The notes under the pieces were generated by a model, which was given only the letters and a program-made list of their open reading frames with translations, ran no database searches and had not been told where the DNA came from. Positions 1 through 9,745 of a DNA stretch of 30,390 nucleotides are shown here, one piece after another. Positions within the stretch are counted from its first letter, which is position 1, and the number at the start of each line of letters is the position of its first letter. Both the position numbers and the translations under genes were made by a program. Location of the stretch: positions 1-30,390 of the forward strand of contig JAYEKO010000079.1 of the NCBI GenBank assembly GCA_034661055.1. The letters are read 5' to 3'. Origin of the DNA: Campylobacterota bacterium (GTDB lineage: Bacteria; Campylobacterota; Campylobacteria; Campylobacterales; Sulfurimonadaceae).

Positions 1-58
1 CCTCTCATCGCTGATAATACTTGTCCTTTCAGGACTGGAAATGTAGGTCGCCGCCTAG
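1..58 (+). rRNA. rrf: 5S rRNA, 3' half (truncated by window start)
   Basis: cctctcatcgctgataatact...ggaaatgtaggtcgccgcctag follows the 5S pattern (GCYGATRRTAST...GTAGGtcgccgc), with helix IV hairpin gtcct-ttc-aggac. No ORF here. 3' end approximate. Confidence 0.88.
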
Positions 59-137
59 TTTTTGGATTTAATCTATTATCATCTTTTTCGCAATTAGCTT
101 AGCTCTCACAAAACAACTCTTTATTTTTACATGTAAT

Positions 138-1076
138 TTATGGAATATATACTTTGTCAATTAACTCTTGATATTCCTCTTTAGAATTACTATCCAATGT
201 AATACCTCCACCGCTTTTATAAATTAATTTATTGCCATCTATCTCAATAAAGCGTATCATAACTGAAGTCTCTAATTTTTTACCATCAAACACTCCAAAT
301 ACTCCTGTATAGTAGTCTCTATTGTACTCTTCAGTATCTTCAATAATTCTCAAGGTACTTAGTTTTGGCGTACCACTAATGCTGCCTGCAGGTAGTAGTG
401 TTTTAATTATATTTCCAAGATTATTTTTCCAGTTGTTTTGCAAAGTACCTTTTATTTTTGAACTGACTTGTAGCAATTCTTTATTGCCTGCATTTATTTT
501 CTGCACAAAACGAAATTTTTCAACCTCTATATTTTTTGCTACTATTGCTATATCATTTCTTAGTAGATCAACTACCATGACATGTTCTGCCATCTCTTTT
601 TTATCTGATAGTATTTTTTTTTCAGCATCTCTAATTGATGCGTCTATTGTACCTTTCATGGGATAGGTTGAAATTGTATTTTCTTCTATTGTTATGAATG
701 GTTCAGGCGAAAAGCATACAAACTTATTTTTTACATGTAATTTGTAAGTGGCTTGAGATGTTTGAAAAATTTCATCAAGAGACAGGTTTGTTTTTATCTC
801 TGTGGGTTGTGTTAGATTTAGAAGATAGGTTTCACCTGCTTCAATTTTTGATATTATTTTATCAAATTTAATTTTGTATTTTTGATAAGAAATTGGATTT
901 TTTTCTAACTCTATTTTTTTATGCTTTAAGATGGGCGTTTTGTTGATTGCATATTCTATACCATGATTTATAAGATTATTAAGTGGATATACATGTAGTT
1001 TTTCTCCTTTAAAATCTGTATAAAAGAGAAATGGAATATTCTGTGATGCTAAGGTTGAGAGGGTGTCAAATGTCAT
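138..1076 (-). CDS. pabB: Aminodeoxychorismate synthase component I (short form)
   Basis: Chorismate-binding (MST) motifs [49 protein letters not shown]. Confidence 0.9.
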   Translation of the reverse strand: MTFDTLSTLASQNIPFLFYTDFKGEKLHVYPLNNLINHGIEYAINKTPILKHKKIELEKNPISYQKYKIKFDKIISKIEAGETYLLNLTQPTEIKTNLSLDEIFQTSQATYKLHVKNKFVCFSPEPFITIEENTISTYPMKGTIDASIRDAEKKILSDKKEMAEHVMVVDLLRNDIAIVAKNIEVEKFRFVQKINAGNKELLQVSSKIKGTLQNNWKNNLGNIIKTLLPAGSISGTPKLSTLRIIEDTEEYNRDYYTGVFGVFDGKKLETSVMIRFIEIDGNKLIYKSGGGITLDSNSKEEYQELIDKVYIP

Positions 1077-1941
1077 GTATTAGTTTTTTTAAAACTGCCA
1101 TTCGAATCGAGACACCATTTTTTACCTGTTCTAGTACTTTACAGCGTTTATCTGAAAGTAATGCATCGTCAATATCAATATTTCTATGAACGGGACCAGG
1201 GTGTAAAATAATAATATCACGATTTCCTACTAGCTCTTTAGTAATGCAAAAATCACTGGCATAATCTTTTAGTGAGGCGTAGTTCTGCGCTGAATGACGT
1301 TCTGTTTGAGTGCGTAAACTCATAATAATGTCAGTAGAATTAATAACATCTTTTAAATCTGATGTTGTCTTTAAATCTGTTTGTGGTAAAAACTGAGGAG
1401 GAGCTACGAGTGTAATGTCGAGTCCAAATCGTTGTAATAGTTCTATATTACTGTTGGCTACACGAGAGTTTTTTACATCACCAACTATAGCAATTTTTTT
1501 ACCTTTAACATCGCTAAAATGCTGCTTTATGGTAAAGAGGTCTAATAGAGCTTGCGTAGGATGAGCATGTGCACCATCACCTGCATTAATAATTGCAGCT
1601 TTAGTGTGTTGTGACAGAATTTGAGGAACACCGGCATTAGCATGTCTAACAATGATGGCATTAGGGCCCATAGCATCTAAGTTTGTTGCAGTATCTACTA
1701 AAGTCTCACCTTTTTTTGTAGAGCTTTTTGCAAGATCTAGATGAACAATTTGTGCACCTAAGCGTTTTACTGCAATTTCAAATGAGCTTCTAGTTCTAGT
1801 TGAGTTTTCGAAAAACAGTGTAATAATAATTTTATCTTCAAGGATTTTCTCAAAACGGCCATCTGAATAACGTGTGGCATCATCAAAAATAGCGTTAATC
1901 TCTTCAATGCTAAAATCATCAGTACGAATTAAATGTGGCAT
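1066..1941 (-). CDS. pyrB: Aspartate carbamoyltransferase catalytic subunit
   Basis: [34 protein letters not shown] motifs; GGAG RBS upstream. Confidence 0.97.
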   Translation of the reverse strand: MPHLIRTDDFSIEEINAIFDDATRYSDGRFEKILEDKIIITLFFENSTRTRSSFEIAVKRLGAQIVHLDLAKSSTKKGETLVDTATNLDAMGPNAIIVRHANAGVPQILSQHTKAAIINAGDGAHAHPTQALLDLFTIKQHFSDVKGKKIAIVGDVKNSRVANSNIELLQRFGLDITLVAPPQFLPQTDLKTTSDLKDVINSTDIIMSLRTQTERHSAQNYASLKDYASDFCITKELVGNRDIIILHPGPVHRNIDIDDALLSDKRCKVLEQVKNGVSIRMAVLKKLIHDI

Positions 1942-1963
1942 TGTTGCTCCAATATTTTGTGAA

Positions 1964-1972
1964 AGTATAGCA
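1964..1972 (-). promoter_or_regulatory. Putative sigma70 extended -10 (TGCTATACT) for pyrB-pabB
   Basis: Minus strand reads TGcTATACT 22 nt before the pyrB ATG, with a GGAG RBS in between. Confidence 0.55.
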
Positions 1973-2614
1973 TCAAATTACTAGCAATTTGTCCACAAGG
2001 TCTTTTATATCAGTATTGAAAATAAAAAGGTCACTAAATTTAGTATCAAAATATGGTTTAGAGACAGTTTTAAAAGAGTCATTGTTTTCTCTACAGTTGA
2101 GTGTAAATGTGTGTGGAATATTGTATTGTTGAAGTAGGTTAAGGCTTAAAAGAGTGTCATTAATACAACCTAAGTTACAGTGTGATACTAAAAGAGTTTT
2201 AGCATTAAAGTGTTTAATTAAATCGACCATCATCAATTTAGAATCAATAGGAACTAAAAGCCCACCAGCACCTTCAATAATAAGAATATCACATAATTTT
2301 TCAAATTTTTTAACTGCATTGTCAATAGTGTTTAGGTCAATATCTTTAGCATCATTGGCGATATAAGGGGCTGCGGGTAGTGAGAACTGTATTGGTACAA
2401 TATCATCTACATGTAAATTTTCAAGTTCTTGGTTAAGTGATTGAGATAAGGTTAGGAGCTCTGTGCCATCTAAAGGTGCATTAGTAACACCTGTTTCAAT
2501 GGGTTTAAAAGCAGCAATACGGAATCCTCGTCTTGAAAGCTCTTTTAAAAGTAGCTTTGTAACATAAGTTTTTCCAATATCTGTATTTGTGGCGGTAACA
2601 AATATTTTTATCAT
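1973..2614 (-). CDS. bioD: Dethiobiotin synthase
   Basis: [11 protein letters not shown]-loop, [26 protein letters not shown] motifs. Confidence 0.96.
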   Translation of the reverse strand: MIKIFVTATNTDIGKTYVTKLLLKELSRRGFRIAAFKPIETGVTNAPLDGTELLTLSQSLNQELENLHVDDIVPIQFSLPAAPYIANDAKDIDLNTIDNAVKKFEKLCDILIIEGAGGLLVPIDSKLMMVDLIKHFNAKTLLVSHCNLGCINDTLLSLNLLQQYNIPHTFTLNCRENNDSFKTVSKPYFDTKFSDLFIFNTDIKDLVDKLLVI

Positions 2615-2676
2615 TTAGATTGTCTCTTTTTTGGTTATAATCTCTCTTAAAATATTACACTATATTAGGTTTAAGT

Positions 2677-3933
2677 ATGCAAAAATTCGAAAAATTTAAT
2701 ACAAAGCTTGTCCAATCAATAGGAAATAAAGAGGGAGCTGTATCTCAACCAGTAGTAGGTTCAGCATCGTTTTCATACGGAACTCCAGAAACTGCAGAGG
2801 GAATCTTTGATGGTAGTATAAAAAAACCGCTCTACTCTCGTATGGGAAACCCAACTTCAGCAAAACTTGAGTCAGTTTTAGCAGATATGGATGGTGGTGT
2901 TGGTGCTATTGTGACAAGTTCTGGAATGGCAGCGACCACCTTAGCTACCATGTCTTTGTTGCGTAGCGGAGATGAAATTATTAGTATTGGTGGGCTATTT
3001 GGAGGAACTTACTCATTTTTTAGTGAAACGTTGAGTCGTTTTGGAATAACTACACAGTTCTTTGATGTGGATGATTTAGGGGCAATCAAAGGTGCTATTA
3101 CTCAAAATACAAAAATACTCTTTTTAGAGAGTGTTGGTAATCCAAATATGCGTTTACCTGACATTGCTAAAATTGCTCAAATTGCTAATGAAGTTGGAGT
3201 TGTTTTAATTGTAGATAATACTATTACTCCTATTAGTGTTACACCACTTGAGCTTGGAGCAGATATTGTTGTCTATTCAACAACAAAAATTATAAGTGGA
3301 AACTCTTCTGCTCTTGGTGGAGCTGTCGTCTTTCGTGCAATAAAGGATGAAGATAAGTTTAGAGGTCAACGTTACAAGGATCTGCATAAATTTATTAAGA
3401 AGATGGGAAAAACTGCACTGATTGCTAATGGCAAAAAACGGGCTATGCGTGACTTTGGGATGAGTGCTAATGCACAGGCAAGTTATCTTACCCTGCTTGG
3501 ACTTGAAACACTGCCTCTTAGGCTAGAGCGTATTGTTAATAGCACAGAAGTAGTAGCTCAAAAGCTTGATGAGGCAGGATTACATGTAAATCATCCATCT
3601 CTTGGTAATCATCCTCACAATAAGCGATATAATACACTTTTTAAAGATGGATGTGGAACGTTAATGGGGATTGATTTTGGTACGAAAGAGCGTGCTTTTA
3701 AGTTTTTAAGAGCTACTAAGCTTTCAACAATTACAGCCAATATTGGTGACAGCAGAACATTAGCGCTGCATACAGCAACTACTATATATAGTGATTTTAG
3801 TGATCAGGAAAGAGAGTTTTTAGGAATAACTGATGGACTGGTGCGTATTTCAATCGGTCTTGAGTCTCCTGAAGATATTGTTGCTGATTTTTTAAAAGCA
3901 GCAAATAGTTTAACTAAAGATTGCTACATTTAA
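2677..3933 (+). CDS. PLP-dependent Cys/Met metabolism enzyme, O-acetylhomoserine aminocarboxypropyltransferase (MetY/MetZ)-like
   Basis: YSRMGNPT, SSGMAA, IVDNT, STTK (PLP lysine), ANIGDSRTL, GLVRISIGLE. Upstream TATAAT at 2636-2641. Confidence 0.85.
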   Translation: MQKFEKFNTKLVQSIGNKEGAVSQPVVGSASFSYGTPETAEGIFDGSIKKPLYSRMGNPTSAKLESVLADMDGGVGAIVTSSGMAATTLATMSLLRSGDEIISIGGLFGGTYSFFSETLSRFGITTQFFDVDDLGAIKGAITQNTKILFLESVGNPNMRLPDIAKIAQIANEVGVVLIVDNTITPISVTPLELGADIVVYSTTKIISGNSSALGGAVVFRAIKDEDKFRGQRYKDLHKFIKKMGKTALIANGKKRAMRDFGMSANAQASYLTLLGLETLPLRLERIVNSTEVVAQKLDEAGLHVNHPSLGNHPHNKRYNTLFKDGCGTLMGIDFGTKERAFKFLRATKLSTITANIGDSRTLALHTATTIYSDFSDQEREFLGITDGLVRISIGLESPEDIVADFLKAANSLTKDCYI

Positions 3934-3947
3934 AGAGGAAATTATTT

Positions 3948-4247
3948 TTGAGTACAAAAAGAGATTTAGAATTAGAAGGTGAGCTCTTAGCAGAGACACC
4001 TAAAATGTATAAAGTCTATCTTTTAAATGATGACTATACGTCTATGGATTTTGTTACAGATGTTTTAATGACAATTTTTCATAAAAGTTATCAAGATGCA
4101 GAGCGCATTATGCTTGATATTCATAAAAAAGATAAGGGTCTTTGTGGAGTCTATAGTTTTGAGATTGCAGAGACAAAAGTGATGCAAGTAAGTAAACTTG
4201 CACGTGAACAGGGGTTCCCATTAAAAAGTATTATGGAGGAAGAGTAG
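3948..4247 (+). CDS. clpS: ATP-dependent Clp protease adaptor ClpS
   Basis: YKVYLLNDDYTSMDFV and GFPL motifs. Start moved to in-frame TTG 3948, which follows a GAGG RBS and removes the overlap with the upstream gene. Confidence 0.95.
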   Translation: MSTKRDLELEGELLAETPKMYKVYLLNDDYTSMDFVTDVLMTIFHKSYQDAERIMLDIHKKDKGLCGVYSFEIAETKVMQVSKLAREQGFPLKSIMEEE

Positions 4248-6422
4248 ATGATTAGTGCTGAATTAAACTCAGTGTTTCAAAAAGCATTACTGTTTGCTAA
4301 GGATCAGCGACATGAGTACCTGACAATAGAGCACGTGTTTTTTGCACTATTAGGATCTAAAGAAGGTGTTCAAGTCATTAAGGAGTGTGGAGGAGATGTC
4401 GCTTCGATGCGAGAAGCTCTAGGTAACTATTTAATGAACACTATGGAAAAACTTCCTAATGATGTCACACAAGAGCCATTTGAGACGGTAGCCCTTTCGC
4501 GTCTTATAGATAAGATGATTAGACATATTCAAAGTGCTCAAAAAGAGCATGCTCAAGTTGGTGACCTGATGGCATCTATTTTTGAAGAAGAGAATACATA
4601 TGCTCACCTTTTGCTGGTAGAACATGATATATCAAGAGTAGATGTTTTAGAAGCTATTTCACATAATGGTGTCGATGCACAGAGTGAAAATGAGTCTGAG
4701 AGCTATCTAGAGAAATTTACTATTAACATGGTTAATGTTGCCAAAGAGGGGAAAATTGATCCGGTAATTGGACGTCAAGATGAGATTAATAGAGTGGTAC
4801 AGACGCTATGTCGTCGTAAGAAAAACAACCCTCTTTTAGTAGGAGAACCTGGTGTGGGTAAGACTGCTATTGCTGAAGGGTTAGCAATTGAAATAGCGCA
4901 AGAGAGAGTTCCTGAAATTTTAAATGGAGCACCTCTATTTGCTTTAGATTTAAGTGCTATGCTTGCTGGAACAAAGTATCGAGGAGATTTTGAGAAACGT
5001 CTTAAAGGTGTTCTTGATGAGCTTAAAACCTATGATAATGCTATTTTATTTATTGACGAAATACACACACTCGTAGGTGCTGGTGCAGTGAGTGGCGGTA
5101 GTATGGATGCATCTAATCAATTAAAACCGGCATTGGCTTCGGGTGAACTAAAATGTATGGGTGCAACAACCTACGGTGAGTTTAGAAATGTATTTGAAAA
5201 AGATAGAGCACTGAGTCGTCGCTTTGCAAAAATTGATATTGATGAACCTTCAAAAGAAGATACCTTGCTTATTTTAAAAGGTTTACGAGCGCGTTATGAG
5301 AAGCATCATAGTCTGAAATATACCGATAAAGCCCTTAAAGCTGCAGTTGATCTCTCTAAAAAATATATTACCGATAGATTTTTACCCGATATTGCAATTG
5401 ATTTAATGGATGAGGCAGGGGCATCATTTCATCTTAAAAAGAAAAAACGCATTACAGTAACGCCGTTAGATGTTGAGAAGATAATATCTAAAATTACAGG
5501 TGTTCCTACCTCTAAAATAGCGGAAGATGATGTTCTTAAGTTAGCGTCACTTGAAAATGATTTAAAAGCTCGAGTTATTGGACAAAATAGTGCTGTAGAG
5601 AAAGTAGCACTCTCTATTAAAAGAAGTCGTGCGGGGCTTAATAGAGAAGATAAGCCGATTGCATCGTTTCTGTTTTCAGGTCCAACAGGTGTGGGTAAAA
5701 CAGAACTGGCACGTTCTTTAGCAGATACTTTAGGTGTTAATTTTGAACGTTTTGATATGAGTGAATATATGGAGAAACATGCACTGAGTCGCTTGGTTGG
5801 TGCACCTCCTGGATATGTTGGGTATGAGCAGGGTGGACTACTTACTGAAGCAATTCGAAAGCATCCCTACACTGTATTACTACTCGATGAGATTGAAAAA
5901 GCACATCCAGAGCTTATAAATATTTTACTACAGGTAATGGACAGTGCAACTCTTACTGATAACAATGGATTTAAAGCTAATTTTAAAAATGTTGTACTTA
6001 TTATGACCTCAAATATTGGGGCAACAGAACGTAGTGTTATGGGATTTAATGCTGATAGTTCACTTTCACGTGATGAAGCACTTAAATCATTTTTTACACC
6101 AGAATTTCGAAATAGACTTGATGCAGTCGTTGAATTTGCACCACTTGATTTACATGTAGTTGAGGGAATTGTAACTAAGTTTATTATGGATCTTAATACT
6201 CAGCTAAAGAGTAAGAAAATTAGTGTAGAGTTGACCTCTAAGGCCATAGGTTATATTGCTGAGATGGGATATGATAAAGAGATGGGAGCTCGTCCATTGG
6301 AACGTATTATTCAAGAGAAAATTAAAGACCCATTGACTGAAGAGATGCTCTTTGGAACGCTTAAAAATGGTGGTAAGGTAACCGTGGATTATAAAAAACA
6401 GTTGGAGTTTAATTACAGTTAA
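4248..6422 (+). CDS. clpA: ATP-dependent Clp protease ATP-binding subunit ClpA
   Basis: Clp N-domain and two AAA+ modules (GEPGVGKT, GPTGVGKT); no long M-domain; MGF ClpP-binding loop; follows clpS. Confidence 0.96.
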   Translation: MISAELNSVFQKALLFAKDQRHEYLTIEHVFFALLGSKEGVQVIKECGGDVASMREALGNYLMNTMEKLPNDVTQEPFETVALSRLIDKMIRHIQSAQKEHAQVGDLMASIFEEENTYAHLLLVEHDISRVDVLEAISHNGVDAQSENESESYLEKFTINMVNVAKEGKIDPVIGRQDEINRVVQTLCRRKKNNPLLVGEPGVGKTAIAEGLAIEIAQERVPEILNGAPLFALDLSAMLAGTKYRGDFEKRLKGVLDELKTYDNAILFIDEIHTLVGAGAVSGGSMDASNQLKPALASGELKCMGATTYGEFRNVFEKDRALSRRFAKIDIDEPSKEDTLLILKGLRARYEKHHSLKYTDKALKAAVDLSKKYITDRFLPDIAIDLMDEAGASFHLKKKKRITVTPLDVEKIISKITGVPTSKIAEDDVLKLASLENDLKARVIGQNSAVEKVALSIKRSRAGLNREDKPIASFLFSGPTGVGKTELARSLADTLGVNFERFDMSEYMEKHALSRLVGAPPGYVGYEQGGLLTEAIRKHPYTVLLLDEIEKAHPELINILLQVMDSATLTDNNGFKANFKNVVLIMTSNIGATERSVMGFNADSSLSRDEALKSFFTPEFRNRLDAVVEFAPLDLHVVEGIVTKFIMDLNTQLKSKKISVELTSKAIGYIAEMGYDKEMGARPLERIIQEKIKDPLTEEMLFGTLKNGGKVTVDYKKQLEFNYS

Positions 6423-7087
6423 TGGTTCCACAGTTACGAACATCACTTCTCTTTCCCGATCCTAGCACAGCATCTGAGTCGGGAGTATTGGCGTACGGGG
6501 GAGATTTGAGTCCTTCACGACTACTATTAGCTTATCGTAATGGTATTTTTCCCTGGTATAGTGTTAATGATCCTATTTTATGGTGGTCACCCAATCCACG
6601 ACTTATTATGAACTTAGATGACTTTAAACTGCGACGTTCGCTACGTAAAAAACTAAACAGATTTGAGATTAGATTTGATACCGCTTTTGAAGAGGTCATT
6701 ACACGGTGTGGCAGTAAGTTTAGAGAGAATCAAAAAGGGAGCTGGATTATGCCTGAGATTGTAGAAGCCTATACTACTTTGCATCATATGGGACATGCTC
6801 ATAGTGTCGAAGCTTTTTATGAAGGTGAACTTGTCGGTGGCCTTTATGGTATCTGTGTTGGAAAAGTGTTTTGCGGTGAGTCAATGTTTGCAGATATGAG
6901 CGATGCCTCAAAAGTTGCATTTGCATATTTAATTGAGCATCTAAAAGAGAAAAATTATGATTTTATTGATGCACAGATTCCTACAGAGCACCTCAAAAGC
7001 TTAGGTGCCATAGAGGTGCATCGTGACTATTTTTTGAATCGTTTAAGAGAAGCTACAAAAGATATTGAAGTGGTTAGCTCTTGGTAA
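6422..7087 (+). CDS. aat: Leucyl/phenylalanyl-tRNA--protein transferase
   Basis: GGDLSPSRLLLAYRNGIFPW, WWSPNPR, GESMF, DASKVA motifs; TAATG-coupled to clpA. Confidence 0.96.
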   Translation: MVPQLRTSLLFPDPSTASESGVLAYGGDLSPSRLLLAYRNGIFPWYSVNDPILWWSPNPRLIMNLDDFKLRRSLRKKLNRFEIRFDTAFEEVITRCGSKFRENQKGSWIMPEIVEAYTTLHHMGHAHSVEAFYEGELVGGLYGICVGKVFCGESMFADMSDASKVAFAYLIEHLKEKNYDFIDAQIPTEHLKSLGAIEVHRDYFLNRLREATKDIEVVSSW

Positions 7088-7126
7088 ATATTTTCTTTGT
7101 AAAATTCAGAAAAAATAAGGGTTGAA

Positions 7127-7273
7127 ATGAGACATATTTTTATGACTGCTTTTGTTGCAGTATTGCTTATGGGTTGTAGCAGCAAAGATATTAACAGTAA
7201 CACATCTAAGATTATTGATGGTGCAAAAGATATAGTTAATGAAGGTTCAAAAGCAGTTAACTCAGAAGGGTAG
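7127..7273 (+). CDS. Small lipoprotein, 48 aa (not in ORF track)
   Basis: My translation: MRHIFMTAFVAVLLMGCSSKDINSNTSKIIDGAKDIVNEGSKAVNSEG*. AAGG RBS, hydrophobic signal and lipobox LMGC; TAAAAT -10 at about 7100-7105. Confidence 0.82.
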   Translation: MRHIFMTAFVAVLLMGCSSKDINSNTSKIIDGAKDIVNEGSKAVNSEG

Positions 7274-7350
7274 GCTATAGAATATTTCATGTTAAATCTT
7301 ATTTAAGCTACTTTCTTTTATACTGTGATACCAAAATAAAAAGGGTGTTT

Positions 7351-7797
7351 ATGAAAAAAATTATTGTAAGTGCTATTGCTGTTTTAGCATTAGCAACTGT
7401 GGCTTCAGCTACTGTTAATAACCAAACGGGTTGTGGTCTTGGATCACAAATTATTAAAGAAGATAACAGTGCTTTAATGCTTGCACTTCAAGCAACAACA
7501 AATGGTACTTCTGGTAACCAAACGTTTGGTATTACTTCAGGGACTTCTGGATGTAAAAAAGTGAAATTTACTATGAACGAAAGAGCAGCAGAATTTGTTG
7601 CATCAAACATGGATCAGTTAGCAAAAGAGGTAGCTGTAGGTCACGGCGAGTCTGTCGATACATTGGCTGAACTTTTAGATGTAGAAGACAAAGCAGTATT
7701 TGCGGCATCTTTACAAGCAAACTATAACGCAATCTATACGTCTAAAAATGCTGAAATGGCTGATGTTTTAGACAACATTTCAACTGTAGCACTTTAA
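7351..7797 (+). CDS. DUF3015-family secreted protein
   Basis: Sec signal (MKKIIVSAIAVLALATVASA), GCGLG, ATTNGTSGNQTFGITSGTSGC and G-x-GE motifs typical of DUF3015. ATG 7351 follows AAGGG. Confidence 0.85.
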   Translation: MKKIIVSAIAVLALATVASATVNNQTGCGLGSQIIKEDNSALMLALQATTNGTSGNQTFGITSGTSGCKKVKFTMNERAAEFVASNMDQLAKEVAVGHGESVDTLAELLDVEDKAVFAASLQANYNAIYTSKNAEMADVLDNISTVAL

Positions 7798-7809
7798 TTG
7801 CTGCATTAT

Positions 7810-7845
7810 AGATAAACGGTATTTCCGTTTATCTGCTTTCATTTC
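7810..7845 (+). terminator. Stem-loop (weak intrinsic terminator or mRNA stabiliser) between the DUF3015 and DUF4105 genes
   Basis: Perfect 10-bp stem AGATAAACGG-tattt-CCGTTTATCT (7810-7834) followed by an interrupted T-run (gctttcattt). Confidence 0.6.
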
Positions 7846-7857
7846 CAAGGTTCTCTT

Positions 7858-9675
7858 ATTATACGAATTATTTTTCTAAGTTTTTTTATTACAGCTTTTA
7901 TGTATGCTCAAAGTTTAGAAAAAACATATCAACATAAAGCTAAAGAGCTAAATCTCTCTGAATCGCGTTATTGGAAACTTTTATTACATATGAATGGAGT
8001 AGAGAGTGAGATTGATGATGCATCATTTTTTCTCTCTAGTGAAGGCAAATATAATGCTAGCAGTGAACTCAATGTTACGATAGCGTTACTTTTAAATGAG
8101 ACTGTTTTTGACAATAATGCCACGGCATGCCGCTTTCCTGCACGAAAGGCTTGGTTGCAAGAGCAGTTAGAAATTGATGAATTTCCACAAACTAACTGTC
8201 ACGCATTAAATACATTAATTAAAAAAGTGGACCCTAAATCGGCAACATTGGTCTTTCCTTCGGCTCATATTAACTCACCAGCTTCGATGTTTGGACACAC
8301 CTTTTTAAGAATTGACTCATCTTATGACTCTAAACTTCTCTCTCATGCGATTAATTATGCAGCTACTGCAGATCAAGATACTGAAAATGGTGTTGTCTTT
8401 GCTGTTAAAGGGCTTTTTGGAGGCTATAGCGGAGTTTATTCGCTTCTGCCCTACTATGAAAAATTAAAAGAGTACCGCGATACAGAACAGCGAGATATAT
8501 GGGAGTATAAACTCAACTTAAGTGAAGAAGAAGTAAGACGAATGTTATTGCATGTTTGGGAGCTTGGCAATAGTTTTTCCTGGTACTATTTTTTTGATGA
8601 GAACTGCTCTTATAATATGCTGTGGCTCATTGAAGTAGCGAGACCAACCGTACATTTAAGAGAGAAATTTTTTTACCATGTGATGCCCATAGACACTGTT
8701 TTTGCGCTTGAAGAGGAGAATCTTGTCTCTCACAAACACTTTCGTCCTTCAAAACGTCAAATACTACTTGCTTATGAGAAGAGCTTGAGTCCAGAATTAT
8801 TAGACAGTGTCACTGCGGTTAGTAGGGGTGAGCTTGATGTAAAAATAGCCTTAGATAAAAATAGTTCTATACAGGAGAAGCGTTACCTGCTTGAGGCATC
8901 TTCAGAACTATTGGAATACCTCTATATTGAAAACAGAATTAATAGCGATGAGTATAAGCAGCGTTTTCATACTGTTTTGAATGAGCGTTCAAAACTAGGT
9001 AGAGGAGAAGCCATAGTTGTTAATGAACCACACAATCCCGATCAGTCTCACCGCGCTAATTTAATTACAGTTCAAGCAGCTCTACAAGAGGGTGAAGTAG
9101 GGTACATGTTAGGATTTAGACCTGCTTACCATACTCTTGTTGACAGTGATATTGGATTGTTACGTGGAACTCAGATTGAGTTTCTAAGTCTCTTGCTGCA
9201 TTACTCTAAAAACAAGCGTTTAGAAATAGAAGATATGACTATATTATCTCTATCTTCCATTGCGCAACGAAGCACATTTTTTAAACCTTTTTCATGGCGT
9301 ACTAGTTTTAAGTTTGATCGTAATTACATGAGTGATGAGCTTCTTTTTAAAGCATCTGTTGGAGCTGGGTACAGTTGGGGAAATGAGTGGAGTTACTTTT
9401 ATGCATTAGCTGACCTGCTCTCTTATGTAAAGAGTTCATCTTCTATGGGAGTTTCAGCCTCTTTGGGTGGAGTGATATATGAAGCAGAGCAGTTTAAAAC
9501 AAACATAGAATTGACTCAGAGGCTCTATATTGACGGTACGACTCAGAGCTTGGTAAATATCTCCCAACTTTGGAGTTTTGATAAGAACCGGGCATTAAAG
9601 TTACAATATGATTATGTTCAATACATGCTTGGACAAAAGAGAACTCTAAAGCTTGTTTTTGATTACTTTTTTTAA
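7858..9675 (+). CDS. DUF4105 (Lnb N-terminal-like) domain protein with a probable C-terminal beta-strand/outer-membrane region
   Basis: SPASMFGHTFLRID and YYFFDENCSYN motifs; ends in aromatic LKLVFDYFF. The ORF track starts at ATG 7900; in-frame ATT 7858 or ATA 7861 restores a signal peptide (start uncertain). Confidence 0.8.
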   Translation: MIRIIFLSFFITAFMYAQSLEKTYQHKAKELNLSESRYWKLLLHMNGVESEIDDASFFLSSEGKYNASSELNVTIALLLNETVFDNNATACRFPARKAWLQEQLEIDEFPQTNCHALNTLIKKVDPKSATLVFPSAHINSPASMFGHTFLRIDSSYDSKLLSHAINYAATADQDTENGVVFAVKGLFGGYSGVYSLLPYYEKLKEYRDTEQRDIWEYKLNLSEEEVRRMLLHVWELGNSFSWYYFFDENCSYNMLWLIEVARPTVHLREKFFYHVMPIDTVFALEEENLVSHKHFRPSKRQILLAYEKSLSPELLDSVTAVSRGELDVKIALDKNSSIQEKRYLLEASSELLEYLYIENRINSDEYKQRFHTVLNERSKLGRGEAIVVNEPHNPDQSHRANLITVQAALQEGEVGYMLGFRPAYHTLVDSDIGLLRGTQIEFLSLLLHYSKNKRLEIEDMTILSLSSIAQRSTFFKPFSWRTSFKFDRNYMSDELLFKASVGAGYSWGNEWSYFYALADLLSYVKSSSSMGVSASLGGVIYEAEQFKTNIELTQRLYIDGTTQSLVNISQLWSFDKNRALKLQYDYVQYMLGQKRTLKLVFDYFF

Positions 9676-9682
9676 TTTGCTT

Positions 9683-9691
9683 TGATATAAT
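9683..9691 (+). promoter_or_regulatory. Putative sigma70 extended -10 (TGATATAAT) for tal
   Basis: Perfect TGnTATAAT with T-rich upstream sequence. Confidence 0.6.
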
Positions 9692-9703
9692 CAGTTCAAC
9701 CAA

Positions 9704-9724
9704 AGGGGACTTCTAAAAACCCTA
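9704..9724. repeat. 21-bp dispersed intergenic repeat, copy 1
   Basis: aggggacttctaaaaacccta is 19/21 identical to 14215-14235. Confidence 0.6.
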
Positions 9725-9745
9725 AATTAATTATATTGGATATAC

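Noticed and set aside
138..1076. PabB of only 312 aa as a possible pseudogene
   Set aside because: The frame is intact with all catalytic motifs, and short PabB forms are known in this lineage.
3948..7087. clpS-clpA-aat cluster as a novel system
   Set aside because: This is the well-described N-degron pathway arrangement.
7027..7290. 87-aa minus-strand ORF
   Set aside because: Antisense to the better-supported 48-aa lipoprotein and the end of aat.
7292..7306. TTAA-N7-TTAA palindrome upstream of the DUF3015 gene as a specific operator
   Set aside because: It cannot be distinguished from the periodic AT-rich upstream signal of Campylobacterota sigma70 promoters.
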